Source: the human T2T-CHM13v2.0 reference genome, Homo sapiens
NCBI RefSeq assembly: GCF_009914755.1
Contig: NC_060939.1
Length of the DNA: 64,000 bases
Reading direction: 5' to 3' (one strand)
The translations under genes and the position numbers were made by a program. This document shows positions 63,235 through 64,000 of the stretch, in pieces; position 1 is the stretch's first letter; each line of letters starts with the position of its first letter. The notes beneath the pieces are model-generated. The model had not been told where the DNA came from. It saw only the letters and a list, made by a program, of their open reading frames with translations, and did not search any database.

Positions 63235-63530
63235 AATGTAGTATTTATAAGTGGATTATACATACAAGATGATTTTTGTCATGGAACTATTTTATCTGCT
63301 TGGGGATTTTTATCTTTCCTCTACTCCCTTTCTCCTATCTTTCCTCTCCCAGTAACCAGTAGTAACAACCTGGTGTACATTTTTCCTACCTTTCTCAATG
63401 CCCATATAATCATATACATATGAAATTATATAATTTACACTCATCTTCATTATTCATTTTTCACAGAACTGATTCTACATCAACTGAAATGTAGCCCACT
63501 CATTTTTTTTTTGCTGGATAATATTCTAAG

Positions 63531-63625
63531 GCAAGGATCAGCAAACTGCAATAAACGGATCAAATCCATCCAGCCACCTATTTGTATAAATAAAGTTTTG
63601 TTGGAACATAGCTTCACCCATTTTT
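63531..63625 (+). mobile_element. MER58A fragment
   Basis: caaggatcagcaaact...aaataaagttttgttggaacatagc. Confidence 0.65.
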
Positions 63626-64000
63626 GTATTGAGCAGTTTAACCTTTTAAATTCTTTACCTGTTATATGTGACACAATTTTCCCCCCAATCCATTGTCTTT
63701 TGCTTTGTTATGGTATTTTGCCATAAAAAATTTTTTTTTAATGCAATAAAGTAAAACATGCCTCTTCTTTTCTAGCTTTTAGTTTCCTATTTTGATTTAA
63801 AAGGCTGCCTAACTCCAGGATTATCCTTGTATTTTCCTAAAATTTCTTCTAAGGTTTTTATCACTTGCATTTTTTATAGGCCTGGAATACATTTTTATGT
63901 CTATATTGAGTGGCATTGTAGTATAACGTAGTATAAGATCACAGATAATGAACAAATAGCTAACAATAATGTAGTATAAGATCACAGACCCTGGTTCTGT

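Overview
Primate, most likely human, genomic DNA covering the 5' end of NEO1 (neogenin 1) on the + strand. It holds about 2.8 kb of upstream sequence, a CpG-island promoter (~2.8-4.7 kb), and coding exon 1 (ATG 3954 to donor at 4083; signal peptide MAAERGARRLLSTPSFWLYCLLLLGRRAPGAAA...). The remaining ~60 kb is intron 1, and exon 2 is not reached. The intron is a mosaic of retrotransposons and DNA transposons: 27 Alu elements or fragments, old L1M/L2/MIR/CR1, an MST LTR, MER44, MER58, MER33, MER5 and a near full-length dead Hsmar2 mariner. Apart from exon 1, the ORF-track entries are CpG-island, Alu or other repeat artefacts. I found no convincing previously undescribed biological system. The best leads are local: a strong splice acceptor and a 5'UTR G-quadruplex just upstream of the ATG, a possible intronic-polyadenylation short isoform, an extended CTCF site, kB/STAT and UPRE/NF-Y motif clusters, a marked antisense Alu bias, a ~29-nt L1PA insertion, and several unusual Alu structures. 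Repeat subfamily calls come from recalled consensus features, not from a search, and boundaries of old repeats are approximate.
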